Assembly: GCA_964016885.1 (NCBI GenBank)
Contig: OZ024748.1
Location: forward strand, 48,794,001 to 48,858,000
Origin: Eledone cirrhosa
Lineage: Eukaryota
DNA: 64,000 nt
Direction of reading: 5' to 3'
The position numbers and the translations under genes are program-made. This document shows, in pieces, positions 1 through 12,483 of the stretch (positions are counted from its first letter, which is position 1; each line of letters begins with the position of its first letter). The notes below the pieces were generated by a model. That model saw only the letters and a program-made list of their open reading frames with translations. It searched no databases and had not been told where the DNA came from.

Positions 1-262
1 AATTTCAAAGACCTTCTAAATAATTTTAATATCAAGTAATTTCAATGCTGCTCTTTGAAGTAACATCTTTATTCAGTTCAGATATTGAAATGTGTGTTGT
101 GTTTGTTACAGTTGTGAAGATATTCAAATATAATCTGCCTTGCCTGCTGTAAATAGCAATATGAAGGATCAGAAGCAGGTTGTTAGTATTATTATTATCA
201 TATCATTATTATTGGATGTCGACATATTGTCAGTTCCTAAATACTTCCTTTGCTTCTTCAGG

Positions 263-310
263 TTATTTTCTTGTAATCATCTAAAGGTTTCTTGGCATTA
301 AATATAGAAG

Positions 311-358
<48 letters not shown>

Positions 359-405
359 GTTCTATATTTAATGCCAAGAAATCTTTAGATGAGTACAAGA
401 AAATA

Positions 406-406
<1 letters not shown>
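263..406. repeat. Inverted repeat (~47 bp arms) around a (TA)n spacer
   Basis: 263-309 ttattttcttgtaatcatctaaaggtttcttggcattaaatatagaa is the near-perfect reverse complement of 360-406. Confidence 0.85.
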
Positions 407-462
<56 letters not shown>

Positions 463-635
463 CATATATATATATGTGAGGGGGTGGGGAGAGGGGTGAT
501 GCCCTTGTTTCAGATATAATCCTATATTCCTTCACCAATATACGTTGTCATTTTTTCTTCTTTTATCTGTTGATTAAGATTCCTTTCACGAACAGGAATA
601 TGGAAATGGCGTTGAGGAATATATCTGAATAAGTA

Positions 636-1745
636 TGGTGAGATTTAGGGGATATTTCTGAATAAATATGGTGAGCTGAGATTTGAGGGGTTTTTCTGTA
701 TAAATATGGTGAGCTGAGATTTAGGGGATATTTCTGTATAAATATGGTGAGCTGAGATTTGAGGGGTTTTTCTGTATAAATATGGTGAGCTGAGATTTGA
801 GGGGTATTTCTGTATAAATATGGTGAGCTGAGATTTGAGGGGTTTTTCTGTATAAATATGGTGAGCTGAGATTTGAGGAGTATTTCTGTATAAATATGGT
901 GAGCTGAGATTTGAGGAGTATTTCTGTATAAATATGGTGAGCTGAGATTTGAGGAATATTTCTGTATAAATATGGTGAGCTGAGATTTGAGGAGTATTTC
1001 TGTATAAATATGGTGAGCTGAGATTTGAGGGGTATTTCTGTATAAATATGGTGAGCTGAGATTTGAGGAGTATTTCTGTATAAATATGGTGAGCTGAGAT
1101 TTGAGGAGTATTTCTGTATAAATATGGTGAGCTGAGATTTGAGGAGTATTTCTGTATAAATATGGTGAGCTGAGATTTGAGGGGTATTTCTGTATAAATA
1201 TGGTGAGCTGAGATTTGAGGAGTATTTTTGTATAAATATGGTGAGCTGAGATTTGAGGGGTATTTCTGTATAAATATGGTGAGCTGAGATTTGAGGGGTT
1301 TTTCTGTATAAATATGGTGAGCTGAGATTTGAGGAGTATTTCTGTATAAATATGGTGAGCTGAGATTTGAGGGGTTTTTCTGTATAAATATGGTGAGCTG
1401 AGATTTGAGGGGTTTTTCTGTATAAATATGATGAGCTGAGATTTGAGGGGTATTTCTGTATAAATATGGTGAGCTGAGATTTGAGGGGTTTTTCTGTATA
1501 AATATGGTGAGCTGAGATTTGAGGGGTTTTTCTGTATAAATATGGTGAGCTGAGATTTGAGGGGTTTTTCTGTATAAATATGATGAGCTGAGATTTGAGG
1601 GGTATTTCTGTATAAATATGGTGAGCTGTGATTTGAGGGGTATTTCTGTATAAATATGGTGAGCTGAGATATAAGGGACATTGCTCTATCATATATGGTG
1701 AGCTGAGATTTAGGGGAACATCAGTGTATAAAGTTACTATGAGCT
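636..1745. repeat. 38-bp minisatellite, ~28 copies
   Basis: Unit gagctgagatttgaggggtatttctgtataaatatggt recurs every 38 bp (673, 711, 749...); explains the periodic ORFs 563-1681 and 721-1770. Confidence 0.95.
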
Positions 1746-1938
1746 GAAATTTTGATGTTCTCCTCACCACGCGTGCTGATACCTATTTTTTGTTCTGTTC
1801 TAGGGGCTTATATGCCCTTTTATTAGATTATTTTCTGTTGTAAAAAATATGGCAAAAGCTTCTAATTCAATTCCGCTTGGCATCTGCTAGACACGCATGC
1901 TTTATATATATGTTTATTCACACCCACTCACTCGCGCG

Positions 1939-1994
<56 letters not shown>

Positions 1995-1995
<1 letters not shown>

Positions 1996-2275
1996 GGTGA
2001 TGCGTTATGTCCTTGAGCAAGACACTTTATTTCCCATTGCTCCAGTTTACTCAGCTGTAGAAATGAGTTGCAAATTCAGTGGTGCCAAGCTGTATCGGCC
2101 ATTGCCTTTCCCTTGGACAACATCGGTGGCTTGGAGAGGGGAGACTTGTATGCATGGGCAACTGCTTGTCTTCCACAAAACAACCTACCTAGGACTTGTG
2201 CCTTGGAGGGGAACTCTCTAGGTGCAAATCCCATGGTCATTTGTGACCAAAGGGGGTCTTTACCCTTACCCTTTA
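1995..2275 (+). mobile_element. 5'-truncated SINE (CORE-like block, ttaccc tail)
   Basis: tgtccttgagcaagacactttattt...ctcagctgtagaaatgag block shared with SINE family B; related copy with head at 15985-16410. Confidence 0.7.
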
Positions 2276-2627
2276 TTTTTTTACACACATATGGAACATC
2301 TATGTAATGTATAGTAAGATTGAAATGTCTAAGCATGTTTTGCTATCAAGCAAAGTAGCACATCACATAACTTATCACTATAATTCAGGAATACAGCCCC
2401 TTAAAGTGGAAAAAGTGGAGGAATGCTTGCTTGACTTGAATTTCACATCTACCTGTATGCTGGAAATCTGTGTTACCATTATGCTAAAGTGACTTGCCAC
2501 TCACTTCCACCTATTTTAACAATGTTATCAGCCACTATCTAGACATATAGAACATTTATGTAAGGCGTAGTAAGACTGAAGTTTTCAACCATGTTTTGCT
2601 ATCAAGGAAACTACCTCAATTTATAGA

Positions 2628-2791
2628 TTTTCACTATGAAATAGTTGAGAATATATCAGGGATCGAAACCTTTGAAGTGGAAAAAAATGGAAACTCACTT
2701 CTGGGACTTTAACTTCACATTTGCGATACTCAACTTTTTCCCCTTCAAGGGGTTTTATCTCCAATGTATTCACAACTAATTTATTGTGAAA
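2628..2791. repeat. Old diverged inverted repeat, partly duplicated upstream
   Basis: ttttcactatgaaatagttgagaata...gaagtggaaaaaa versus ctttttccccttcaagggg...ttattgtgaaaa; 2320-2455 resembles 2578-2725. Confidence 0.5.
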
Positions 2792-2916
2792 ATGTATTGT
2801 GTTGTGGTACTTTGCATAAAAGGAAACTGTGTGTGTGTGTGTGTGCATTGGTGCATGCGTGTGTGTATACATACACACACAAGCACACATATGTATATTA
2901 TATCTTTATATATATA

Positions 2917-4752
2917 TCATCATCATTTTACGTCCGCTCTTCCCTGCTTGCAAGGGTGGGATGGGTCTTATTCAGCACAGCATCTCTCCAATTGTCACGG
3001 TCCTTTGTCATCTCCACCGTGAGCTTCAGCGATCTGAGGTCTGTTCTCACCACCTCCGCCCATGTTTTTCGTGGTTTACCTCTACCACGTCTTCCTTCAA
3101 CTGGCATTTCCTGGCACTTCTTTACCCATCGGTCATCCTCCATGCGCATCACATGTCCATACCACCTCAGTCTCCTCTCCTGTATACTACATTCTATCCC
3201 TCTCAGACAGTTTCTCTCTCAACACATTCATGCTGGGTCGTTCACGCACATTGACACTGCCCATCCAACGGAGCATGCTTGCCTCATTTCTCTCCAGCCA
3301 TCGCATATCCTCTGCAGTTGCTGCCCATATCTCACTACCATGCAACATCGCACTCCTCACACAGGCATCATATAACCGGCCTTTCGTACGCAGGGAGAAA
3401 CCCTTCTTCATCAGCAGAGGAAGCAGCTCCTTAAACTTCTTCCAACCCGTTCATATTCTAGATACTATGGCCTCGGAACACCCCCCCCCTCTCCCATGCT
3501 AATCTGATCTCCTAGGTACCGGAAGCTATCCACCACTTCTATAGCACCCGCCTGCATTTGAAAAATGTGTCTATCAATGCGACTTCTACTGTCTAATTTC
3601 CCTGTACATCAACTACATACATATTTCTCCCTACCTGTTAGTTTGCCTGCTATGCCGCTACATCTCTTGTGTACCCAGGATCTGCATTGTGTGCATTTTA
3701 TAGAATGTATGCCATTTCCTTTTCTGCATATCGAACATGGCCATTTCTCTGGTGGAATCAGAGTTTTGTTCTCTTTTCTACTCATCAACACTTTTGTCTT
3801 AGCTAGGTTCACTCTCAGTCCTCTTGCTTCCAACTGTTGTTTCCATAGCCAGAATTTATTCTCTAGCTCCTCTACTGATTCTGCTATAAGAACCAGATCG
3901 TCAGCACAGAGAAGTTCCATGGACAGCCAGTCTTAAACTCCTCTGTTATGGCTTGGAGGACTATAATGAACAAGAGCGGGCTGAGGACCGAACCTTGATG
4001 TACTCCTACTTGTATCTGGAATTCCTCACTAAACTCCATTCCTACCCTCACTTTACTGACAGCACCTCTGTACAAAGTTTGCACTGTCTTCACAAGCCAT
4101 TCCTCAACACCTAGTTTCCTTAGGGACCACCAGATGACAGATCGGGGTACCCTATCAAAGGCCTTCTCTAGGTCAACAAAGGCTAAGTATAGTGGCTTAT
4201 TTTTCTCTAAGAATCTCTCTTGCAATTGTCTCACCAAGAAGAGGGAATCATAACCTGATCCATCAGTTTTATACCCCTATAATTGCTCCTCTCCAGAGCA
4301 TCCCCTTTACCTTTGTAGCAATTTATGAGAATACTGCTGCACCAGTCTTTGGGTATGACACCACCATATAGGGTCTGATTGATGATGCATGTATCCAGCT
4401 TAGTGCCTTCGTCCCCTGATGCCTTCAGCATCTCAGCAACTATTCCCGATGGTCCAGCAGCCTTACCATTTTTCATTTCCTTAATCGCCTCTTGGACCCT
4501 ATATTCGTCAATCTCAATGGCTGGTCCTTCTGTCAGATCTACTGAGGGTAATTTCTCTCTCTCCCATTCGTTCTCCACATTCATCAGTCTCTCATAATGA
4601 CATTTCCAGGCCTCCTTTTTCTGATCATTCATGACACTAAGTACACTGGCATCGTTCTGGACACATTTATCTCCAACAACATCCTGATTTGCATTGACAC
4701 ACTGCCTTGCAATGTGGAATACTGCACGCCTCTGATCTTCCCGTCGCAGAAC
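2917..4752 (-). mobile_element. 5'-truncated, decayed RTE-clade LINE (reverse transcriptase and C-terminus)
   Basis: Consecutive minus-strand ORF pieces with RT motifs KAAGPSG, NYRGIKLM, FVDLEKAFDRVPR, GVHQGSVLSPLLF, LLCADDL, LHGSEIW, GKPRKTW; frameshifts and stops; (ATG)n tail at 2917-2926. Confidence 0.93.
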
Positions 4753-4764
4753 ATTTATATAATA

Positions 4765-5135
4765 ATAATTGTTTCTACTTTAGGCACAAGGCCAACAATT
4801 ATCCCAGTACATTACTGGTACTTTATTTTATCGACCCCGTAAGGATGAAAGGCAAAGTTAACCTCGGCGGGATTTGAACTCAGAAAGGCAAGGGCCGTAA
4901 CTCTATGCGTCAAAGCATGGCATCCGACCCTCTACCGATACTGCCAATCCACCGCCCTAATAATAATAATTGTTTCTACATTTGGCACAAGGCCAGCAAT
5001 TAACCAGTACATTACTGGTACTTTATTTTATCGACCTCTGTATGGATGAAAGGCAAAGTTAACCTCGGCGGAATTTGAACTCAGATCGTAAAGGGACGTA
5101 ACTATGCTGGAAAGCATGTCTGACCCTCTACCGAT
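4765..5135 (-). mobile_element. Two tandem copies of tRNA-derived SINE family A (~190 bp)
   Basis: Head tggattggcagtatcggtagag, B box gagttcaaatccc, central gcctttcatccttacggggtcgataaaataaagtaccag, (att)n tail. Confidence 0.88.
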
Positions 5136-5494
5136 ACTAAGAAAGATGTTGTTGTTACACACACACGTGCACACACACACATATACATACATACGTACAT
5201 ACACACACAGTAAGTCCCCACCTAACGAACATCCTACTTACAAACTGCCTCACAAAGAATTCTTCAAATTCAGCTCTTTTGGGCCCTGGGTTCCTTCTTT
5301 TGCAGCATAAAAACAAGCTGAAGTCATATCTACAGTATGGGATACCATTCGGCTTTCGCAAAATTGAAAAAGTACCTTTTTCTTTGACAATTTATTGTCA
5401 TCAACTTTATAGTATTTAGATTCATTATTACATGTTATATATACAATCAACAAACTAACGGCCTCTTGGAACATAGCATGTTTGTAAGTTGGAG

Positions 5495-5790
5495 ACTGCA
5501 AAACATAATCTCTATTGAATGCAATAACATATTTACAGTGCTTATGCAAAGCAATTAACTCTTTCTGGAACCGTTCCTTCAGCAATTGTTGAAACCAGCG
5601 CAACTATTCACCTACCACCTCTTTTAATGAAGCGAAAACAAATTTTCAAAGATGTTGCTTTAATAACTTGAACACCCAACGACTGCACAAATTTAAGTCG
5701 GGACTATAGGGTGATTGTTTGATCATTGCCACTCTTCTCCTCTGGAAAAAATCTTTTGTGGATTAAGTAGTTTGATGTGTGTATTATAAA
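5495..5790 (-). pseudogene. Tc1/mariner transposase C-terminal relic
   Basis: Minus-strand translation TKDFFQRRRVAMIKQSPYSPDLNLCSRWVFKLLKQHL*KFVFASLKEVVGE*LRWFQQL...KYVIAFNRDYV contains the YSPDL motif and mariner-like C-terminal spacing, with in-frame stops. Confidence 0.75.
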
Positions 5791-5960
5791 CTCACAAGAA
5801 TGACAGCAAAATAATTATGTATAGGCCTGTGACAAAATACAGCATTCATACAGAATATCACACACGTACAACAAAGTTCAAATTCCAACTAATATTAACT
5901 ACATTTACTGCTATATACAGCACACAGCCTACTATTCTAAAGACTTTATTGCCACACCAA

Positions 5961-6006
<46 letters not shown>

Positions 6007-6534
6007 AGAAATATCAGCTATATATTCAGCAAATATTTTATACATTTTCAGTCCTAACTAATGGCAGTTATGAATATGTGTCTATCATTTACTAGTGACA
6101 TTTTAAAGTCATTAATATAAGATAATGATTTTGTGATTTATTTTAGAGACTTCTGAGGCCTCATACTATCTTTCAGACACATTAGATATATTGCAATGTC
6201 AAACTATAAAATTATAAAAAATATGGAAAAAAAAACCCCAAACAAAATAATAATTGTATCCTCTTGTTATTAATCAAATTTTTATCAAATGACATCTGCT
6301 GTATAATTTGTAAAATATACTCATTTAAATGTAGATATTTTACAAGTATAATGGTATCATAAAATGTAGGTATGTGTATGTGTGTGTCCATATGTGCATA
6401 TATATATATATATATAAATATCATGACGATGATGATGATATATATTCATAGAATAATGGGAAGAACTCAATGCAAGGAAGCTGTTAAAACAGTAAAATGC
6501 CGTCAATGACAGTGTTGGTTAAACTTTACCTCAG

Positions 6535-6770
6535 AGGACAGCATGTAACACAACAGCATGTAACACAACAGCATGTGACACAGCAGCATGTGACACAGCA
6601 TGTAACAATACCGTGTAACACAACAACGTGTAACACAACAGTATGTAACAACACTGTAACACCACACAGTGTAACAACAGCTTGTAACACAACACTGTGT
6701 AACACTACAGCATGTAACACAACATTGTGTAACACAACACCATGTAACACAACAGCATGTAACACAGCAG
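6535..6770. repeat. 15-bp minisatellite
   Basis: tgtaacacaacagca repeated ~15 times. Confidence 0.85.
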
Positions 6771-7246
6771 CATCGTTCTGTCCTCTAGAATTAATACTAT
6801 AACATCTGACAACATTTAAGCTGGCATGACTGCCTATTGATTATTGATATCAGCATGAGGTCAGAGATTTATTGGGAAGGGGGAGGTAGGGGAATGTGAC
6901 GGGAGAGAGAGAAGGTCAATTAACATTGACTCTGGTAGATTACTTTTATCAATCCCAGAGAGATGAAAGGTAAAGTCAATCCCAGGTGAATTGGAACTAC
7001 ATAAATATGTATAATAACTAAATATATCCTGGAATTCAATCTGGTGATATTCTACCATTTCTTCCCCCACCCCGCCCCCACCACACAGTGTATGTCATTA
7101 CAGCACCCTTAAAATTCCATCAGGAGTTATGTATGGGTCCATATATATATATATATATATATATAATTGGTGTTGGATGCTTAAGGCGTCCATATGTGGT
7201 AGGCTCTATGAGCACTCAATGCTCTCATAGAGCAGAGAATGATATA

Positions 7247-7557
7247 ACAGAAAAAAAGAGAATCAGTGTTGCGACGAATGGAATTTATTGGACATATTAC
7301 AATCGTTTCTCTGGTGACCAGCTCGAGGCACGATCGATGTGATGATCGAACCTAACTCTGAAAATCGCAAGGTCCTCAGATACGTCTTGATTCTACGAAG
7401 CAGATTTTCCTAGAAAAGACGTATCTGAGAACCTTGCGATTTTCAGAGTCAGGTTCGATCATCACATCGATCATGCCTCGAGCTGGTCACCAGAGAAACG
7501 ATTGTAATATGTCCAATAAATTCAATTAGTCGCAACATGGATTCTCTTTTTTTCTGT
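7247..7557. repeat. Long fold-back palindrome (~142 bp arms, 27 bp loop)
   Basis: 7247-7388 is the near-perfect reverse complement of 7416-7557. Confidence 0.92.
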
Positions 7558-7897
7558 GGTTTTGTAGGTCCTGTAGGTAAAGCCACACACTGGTTCTAGC
7601 ACATATTTTCGTGGTAAAAGGTGTTATATGTGAGTAAATATGCAAGTTTTCATACTGTCAATTTACCATACTAAAACAGGATAGTATGTACCACAAATCT
7701 TGAGAGGGGGGGGGGGGGGGGGATTACTAATATAAGTACCAATTAAATATTGGGGGTGATATAATCGACTTTCTCCTTCCCCTAAATTGCTGGCCTTGTG
7801 TTAATGTTAGAAAGAACTACTACTATTACTACTAATAATTCTTTCTAATTTAGACACAAAGACAGCAATTTGGGGCAAGGGGGAAAATTGATTATTT

Positions 7898-8329
7898 TGA
7901 CCCTTTAATGTTCAAACCGGCCAAAACCGGCCAGAATTCTCTACCTCTTTCTGTTGAAACTGGCTGTAACTGGTTACTCAAACTGATGTTAAGGTATTGT
8001 TCTCAAAATAAATACTTTTAAAATCTCATAGATTCGATAGTATGCGAGATAATTATGCGAGGTAAAGCATTTACCATGAAAATATAATTGTTTCTACTTT
8101 AGGCACAAAGCCAGCAATTACCCAGTGCATTACTGGTACTTTATTTTATCGACCCCGTAAGGATGAAAGGCAAAGTCAACCTCGGCGGGATTTGAACTCA
8201 GATCGTAAAGGGACGTAACTATGCTGGAAAGCATGGCGTCCGACCCTCTACCGATACTTCCAATCCACCGCCCTTTTACCATGAAAATATAATAGTATAT
8301 ATAGAGTAATGTGAATGCTAAAGGGTTAA
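7898..8329. mobile_element. piggyBac-like MITE (family 2) with nested SINE A
   Basis: Ends ttga/ccctttaatgttc and gaatgctaaaggg/ttaa; SINE A at ~8089-8274 flanked by 19-bp duplication tttaccatgaaaatataat; related copy at ~27160-27360. Confidence 0.65.
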
Positions 8330-8885
8330 CTTTATTTTAGAAGCCCTGTAAGGATGAATGGCAAGGTTTATCTTGGCAGGATTTGAACTCAGAATGTAGA
8401 ATAACTAGATACTACAAGATATCTGGTTCAATGCTCTACCGATACTGTCAATCTACACCCTTAATAATGGTTTCTGATTTAGGCACAAGGCCAACAGTTT
8501 GGGGGTGAGGGGGAAGTTATATCAACCCCAGTGCATTACTGGTACTTTATTTTATTGACCCTGTAAGGATGAAAGGCAAAGTTAACCGTGGCAGGATTTG
8601 AGCTAAGAACGTAAAGAACCGTTAATATATGCTGCAAAGTATGTTGTCCGACGCTCTACCAATTCTGCCAATCTACCACCTTTAATAACAATTTCTAATC
8701 GTACAGGGCCAACAATTTGTGGAGAGGTGGGTGGGTAGGGGTCAAGTATATCAACCCAAGTACATGCCTGGTACTTTGGAAGGATGAAAGCAAAGTTGAA
8801 TTCAGAATGTAGAAAGTCGTAATTAAATGTAGCAAAACACTTCATCTCCGTTGCTCTACTGATTCTGCCAATCTAGCACCCTTAA
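8330..8885 (-). mobile_element. Cluster of diverged SINE A copies
   Basis: Repeated aggatgaaaggcaaagttaacc / ctctacc..tactgccaatc blocks. Confidence 0.75.
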
Positions 8886-9415
8886 ATAACACTAACAATA
8901 AGTGACTTTACTAGTGCTAACATGGAAATTCCAATAAAAGATTTATTTTCTTTCTTCTTTCTTCAGTTCTTTTCCATTCCAATTCTGAGATAAAGAATTC
9001 GTTTTAAACCAAATTTAGTTTTATTTTAACTTAAATTCTTCCTCCTTTTTTTTAAATACTTATTTCTGTATTTTTCTCCTACCAATCTGTGTGACTCACT
9101 GAGGAATTTTAAAAATTTACTTTGCAACTTTTAAATTTAGTATAATGTAAGACAACATTTTTGAAACCTATTCTCAATTCTATTTTAAGTTAAACAAATT
9201 ACCTTAATCTTAAACCATTTTTGTGCATGTGTATGTACCAGTGTATGTATGTGCCAGTGTGTGTAAGTTCGTGTGTGTGTGTGTGTGTGTGTGTACATGC
9301 ATGTCAATTCTTGTATGTGTGCATGTGTGTTTATTGTACATTTTTGTGCATGTGTATATGTGTATATCTGTATGTGTGTGTTCTTGCATGTGTGTCTGTG
9401 TCTGCCTGTCAGTGT

Positions 9416-9503
<88 letters not shown>

Positions 9504-9796
9504 ATACACCCTTTTCTTACTGTAAATTGCAACCAAAACTTAACATTTTTTAGATATTGTAAATAGTTGCGAAAAATTATCAGAACCAAAATAAGATATT
9601 ATATCTCCCCATTACACCCCCCCCCCCCCCGCAGTAATTTCTGACTGTCAGTTAATGTTTTTACTAAATAATCCGATAGAGGTATACACTAGTTTCTATA
9701 TATGGCCATCATCATCACCACCACCACTATCACCACCATGGGCTATATGATAATTTAATGATTTTATTTATTTATTCATTATATAGTATTAATATT

Positions 9797-10370
9797 AATA
9801 ATTGTTTCTACTTTTGGCACAAGGCCAGCAATTACCCAGTGTATTACTGGTACTTTATTTTATCGACCCCATAAGGATAAAAGGCTAAGTTAACCTCGGC
9901 GGGATTTGAACTCAGAATAAACAATTATTAATAATAATAATTGTTTCTACTTTTGGCACAAGGCTAGCAATTATCCCAGTGTATTACTGGTACTTTATTT
10001 TATTGACCCCGTAAGGATGAAAGGCAATGTTAACCTCGGCGGGATTTGAACTCAGAATGGAAAGGGCCGTAACTCTATACGTCAAAGCATAGCGAATAAT
10101 GGTTTCTGATTTAGACACAAGGCCAACAATTTTGGTGAAGGAGGTGAAACTCAATTAAATTGATCTCCAGTGTCTTACTGGTACTATTTTATCGACCCCT
10201 TCTCGGGATTTGAACTCAGAATGTGAAGTTCAAATCCCGCCAAAGTTAGCTTGGCCTTTCATCCTTACAGAGTCGATAAAATAAAGTACCAGTAATGCAC
10301 TAGGGTTGATCTAATCAACTTCCCCTCCCCCAAAATCGTGGGCCTTTTGCCTATATCAGAAACAATTATT
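9797..10370. mobile_element. SINE A cluster (three minus copies, one plus copy)
   Basis: Same consensus blocks; head-to-head junction near 10210-10235. Confidence 0.8.
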
Positions 10371-11058
10371 TTATTATAGAAGGAAAACAGACATTAAACA
10401 ATGACGACGACGGCGATTGTTGTTGTTGTTGCTATTGGCTTTCGTGTGTTGATAGAAATTAAAAAAGACTGACTACTGATATATATATATATAGAGAATT
10501 GATAAGTTTATTGGGGAAAAAATCCTGTTATATTATATTATTGGTTTTGATAATGACCCAAGGTAAATTTTCTCGATTGAAATCCTGCCTAAATTAACAG
10601 TATCTAAAAAGTAATAATTTTTCTATTAAAATAAGAAATTATTGGCTCTTTAGAATGACAGTTCCAAAGCCAAGTTCACTGGAATTATGACAGATATCAA
10701 AACTATTTCCTCAGAATACAAAGTTTTTTTTTTTAAATGCAGCTTTTTGCTTCTCTACCATGAAATTGATTAGTTAGAGGTTAATAAAGGGTTTGTTTGT
10801 TTGTTGTTTTTGTTGTTGTTGGTGGTGATGTTGTTGTTGATGTTTGATGGTATTGTTGTTGTTATTGGTGGTGATGTTTTGTTTGTGATGTTATTGTTGT
10901 TGATGATATTATTGTTTATAGAAAGTGATTTGGCCAATATATATATTTTATGGTTCGTTTATTTGATTTTCTAATAATTTGCCAAACATTTAAGTTAGCA
11001 TTGCCACAATAACAACAGACAGAACTTATTAAAAGAATACCATTTCCAGGTTTTCTTG

Positions 11059-11616
11059 TTAACCGTTTCCATATCAAACTGCCTGTTACTGTTCCTGGTT
11101 CTATGGTATAAAGCTGTTAAGTTTTTTTTAATGCTTATGAATTATAGAAGCACTGCTAAAAAAAAAGTCTAAAGTCTGCCTCAAGCCTAGAGGCTCATTT
11201 GGCCGGTGCTATCTCAGTTTTGGTAGCATCAAGCAACTTAGAGTACATTATTATAAAGGGCAGTGGATTGGCAGTGTCGGTAGAGGGTCGGATGCCATGC
11301 TTTGACGCATAGAGTTACGGCCCTTGCCATTCTGAGTTCAAATCCTGCCGAGGTTAACTTTGCCTTTCATCCTTACGGGGGTCGATAAAATAAAGTACCA
11401 GTAATGTACTGGGTAATTGCTGGCCTTGTGCCAAAAAAATAGAAACGATTATAATATTTTGTGAGACACTATGTTAAATCATGTTCCAAACACCAATTTA
11501 ATAATGGGAAAACTGTTGCTTCTGTTACTAAATCCCTCTAAATTCTTGATTGTTTAAAGAATGATTTGAAACCATAGGCAATGTCTTTCAGTAGAAATAT
11601 GGAAATGAAAGGGTTA
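11059..11616 (+). mobile_element. piggyBac-like MITE family 1 with nested SINEs
   Basis: ttaaccgtttccatatcaaa start and aatatggaaatgaaagggttaa end; SINE A at 11258-11452 inside. Confidence 0.6.
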
Positions 11617-12178
11617 AAGTGGCATTATCATAAGACAACAACAGACAGAAGTTGTTAGAAAGGCAACACTTCCAGATTATCTTAATTGGAGATTATGGTA
11701 ATCCCTAATCCCTTTAGTGTCTCATTCATATTTCTGGTACATGCTTGGCAAATATGGAAACTGGGACACAACTACCACAACATAGATAAAACATTACTGC
11801 AGTAACAACAACCACCACCACAACATAGACAAAACATTACAACAACAATAGTAACAACAGTAATAGCAACAGCAACACCACAACAATACCAATGACAACA
11901 ACAACAACAGCAACAGCAACAATTCCAGCATCAACACCACTACCAACAACATCAATAACAGCAACAAACTACCACCAACACCACCACCACCACCACCACA
12001 AACAACAACAACAACAACAACACCACCAAAAGTGTTTGATCTGTTAATGAAACATCAGAATGTTGTCTTGTAGAAATCTCCATAGATTCGGTTTTACCAG
12101 AGGGATGTGAGACCAGTTGTCTCCCTTCACTGGGGCAGATGTTTTACACTGGGGAGGGGAGGGGGGCGCGATACTACA

Positions 12179-12219
<41 letters not shown>

Positions 12220-12431
12220 CTATTATCATCAGCATCACCATCACCAATGTCAACAGCATCATCATTGTCACCATACTACCATCATCGACATCACCACCAG
12301 TGCCATCACTGTTATCATCGCCACCACCATCATAATTATCATGAGCATCAGCATCGCCACCATTTAGTTGACAAATGTGCATATGTGTGTATGTGGCTTC
12401 GTATATGTATGTATATGTCTGTATATGAGTA

Positions 12432-12468
<37 letters not shown>

Positions 12469-12483
12469 CTCTCTCTCTCTCTC

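Noticed and set aside
112-178. Possible exon (ttacag acceptor, ATG AAG GAT CAG AAG CAG, then gt)
   Set aside because: Weak donor (gttgtt), no recognisable peptide and no downstream exon found.
563-1770. ORFs of 372 and 349 aa
   Set aside because: Translations of the 38-bp minisatellite.
2764-3502. Plus-strand ORFs of 141-203 aa
   Set aside because: Antisense to the RTE LINE and partly microsatellite.
5250-5603. 117-aa ORF as a host gene
   Set aside because: Its first part is the tail of the mariner relic; the rest is read-through.
10653-10722. Possible small exon after ctctttag; ttagaatgacagttc also at 15554
   Set aside because: No good donor or recognisable peptide; the short match could be chance in AT-rich DNA.
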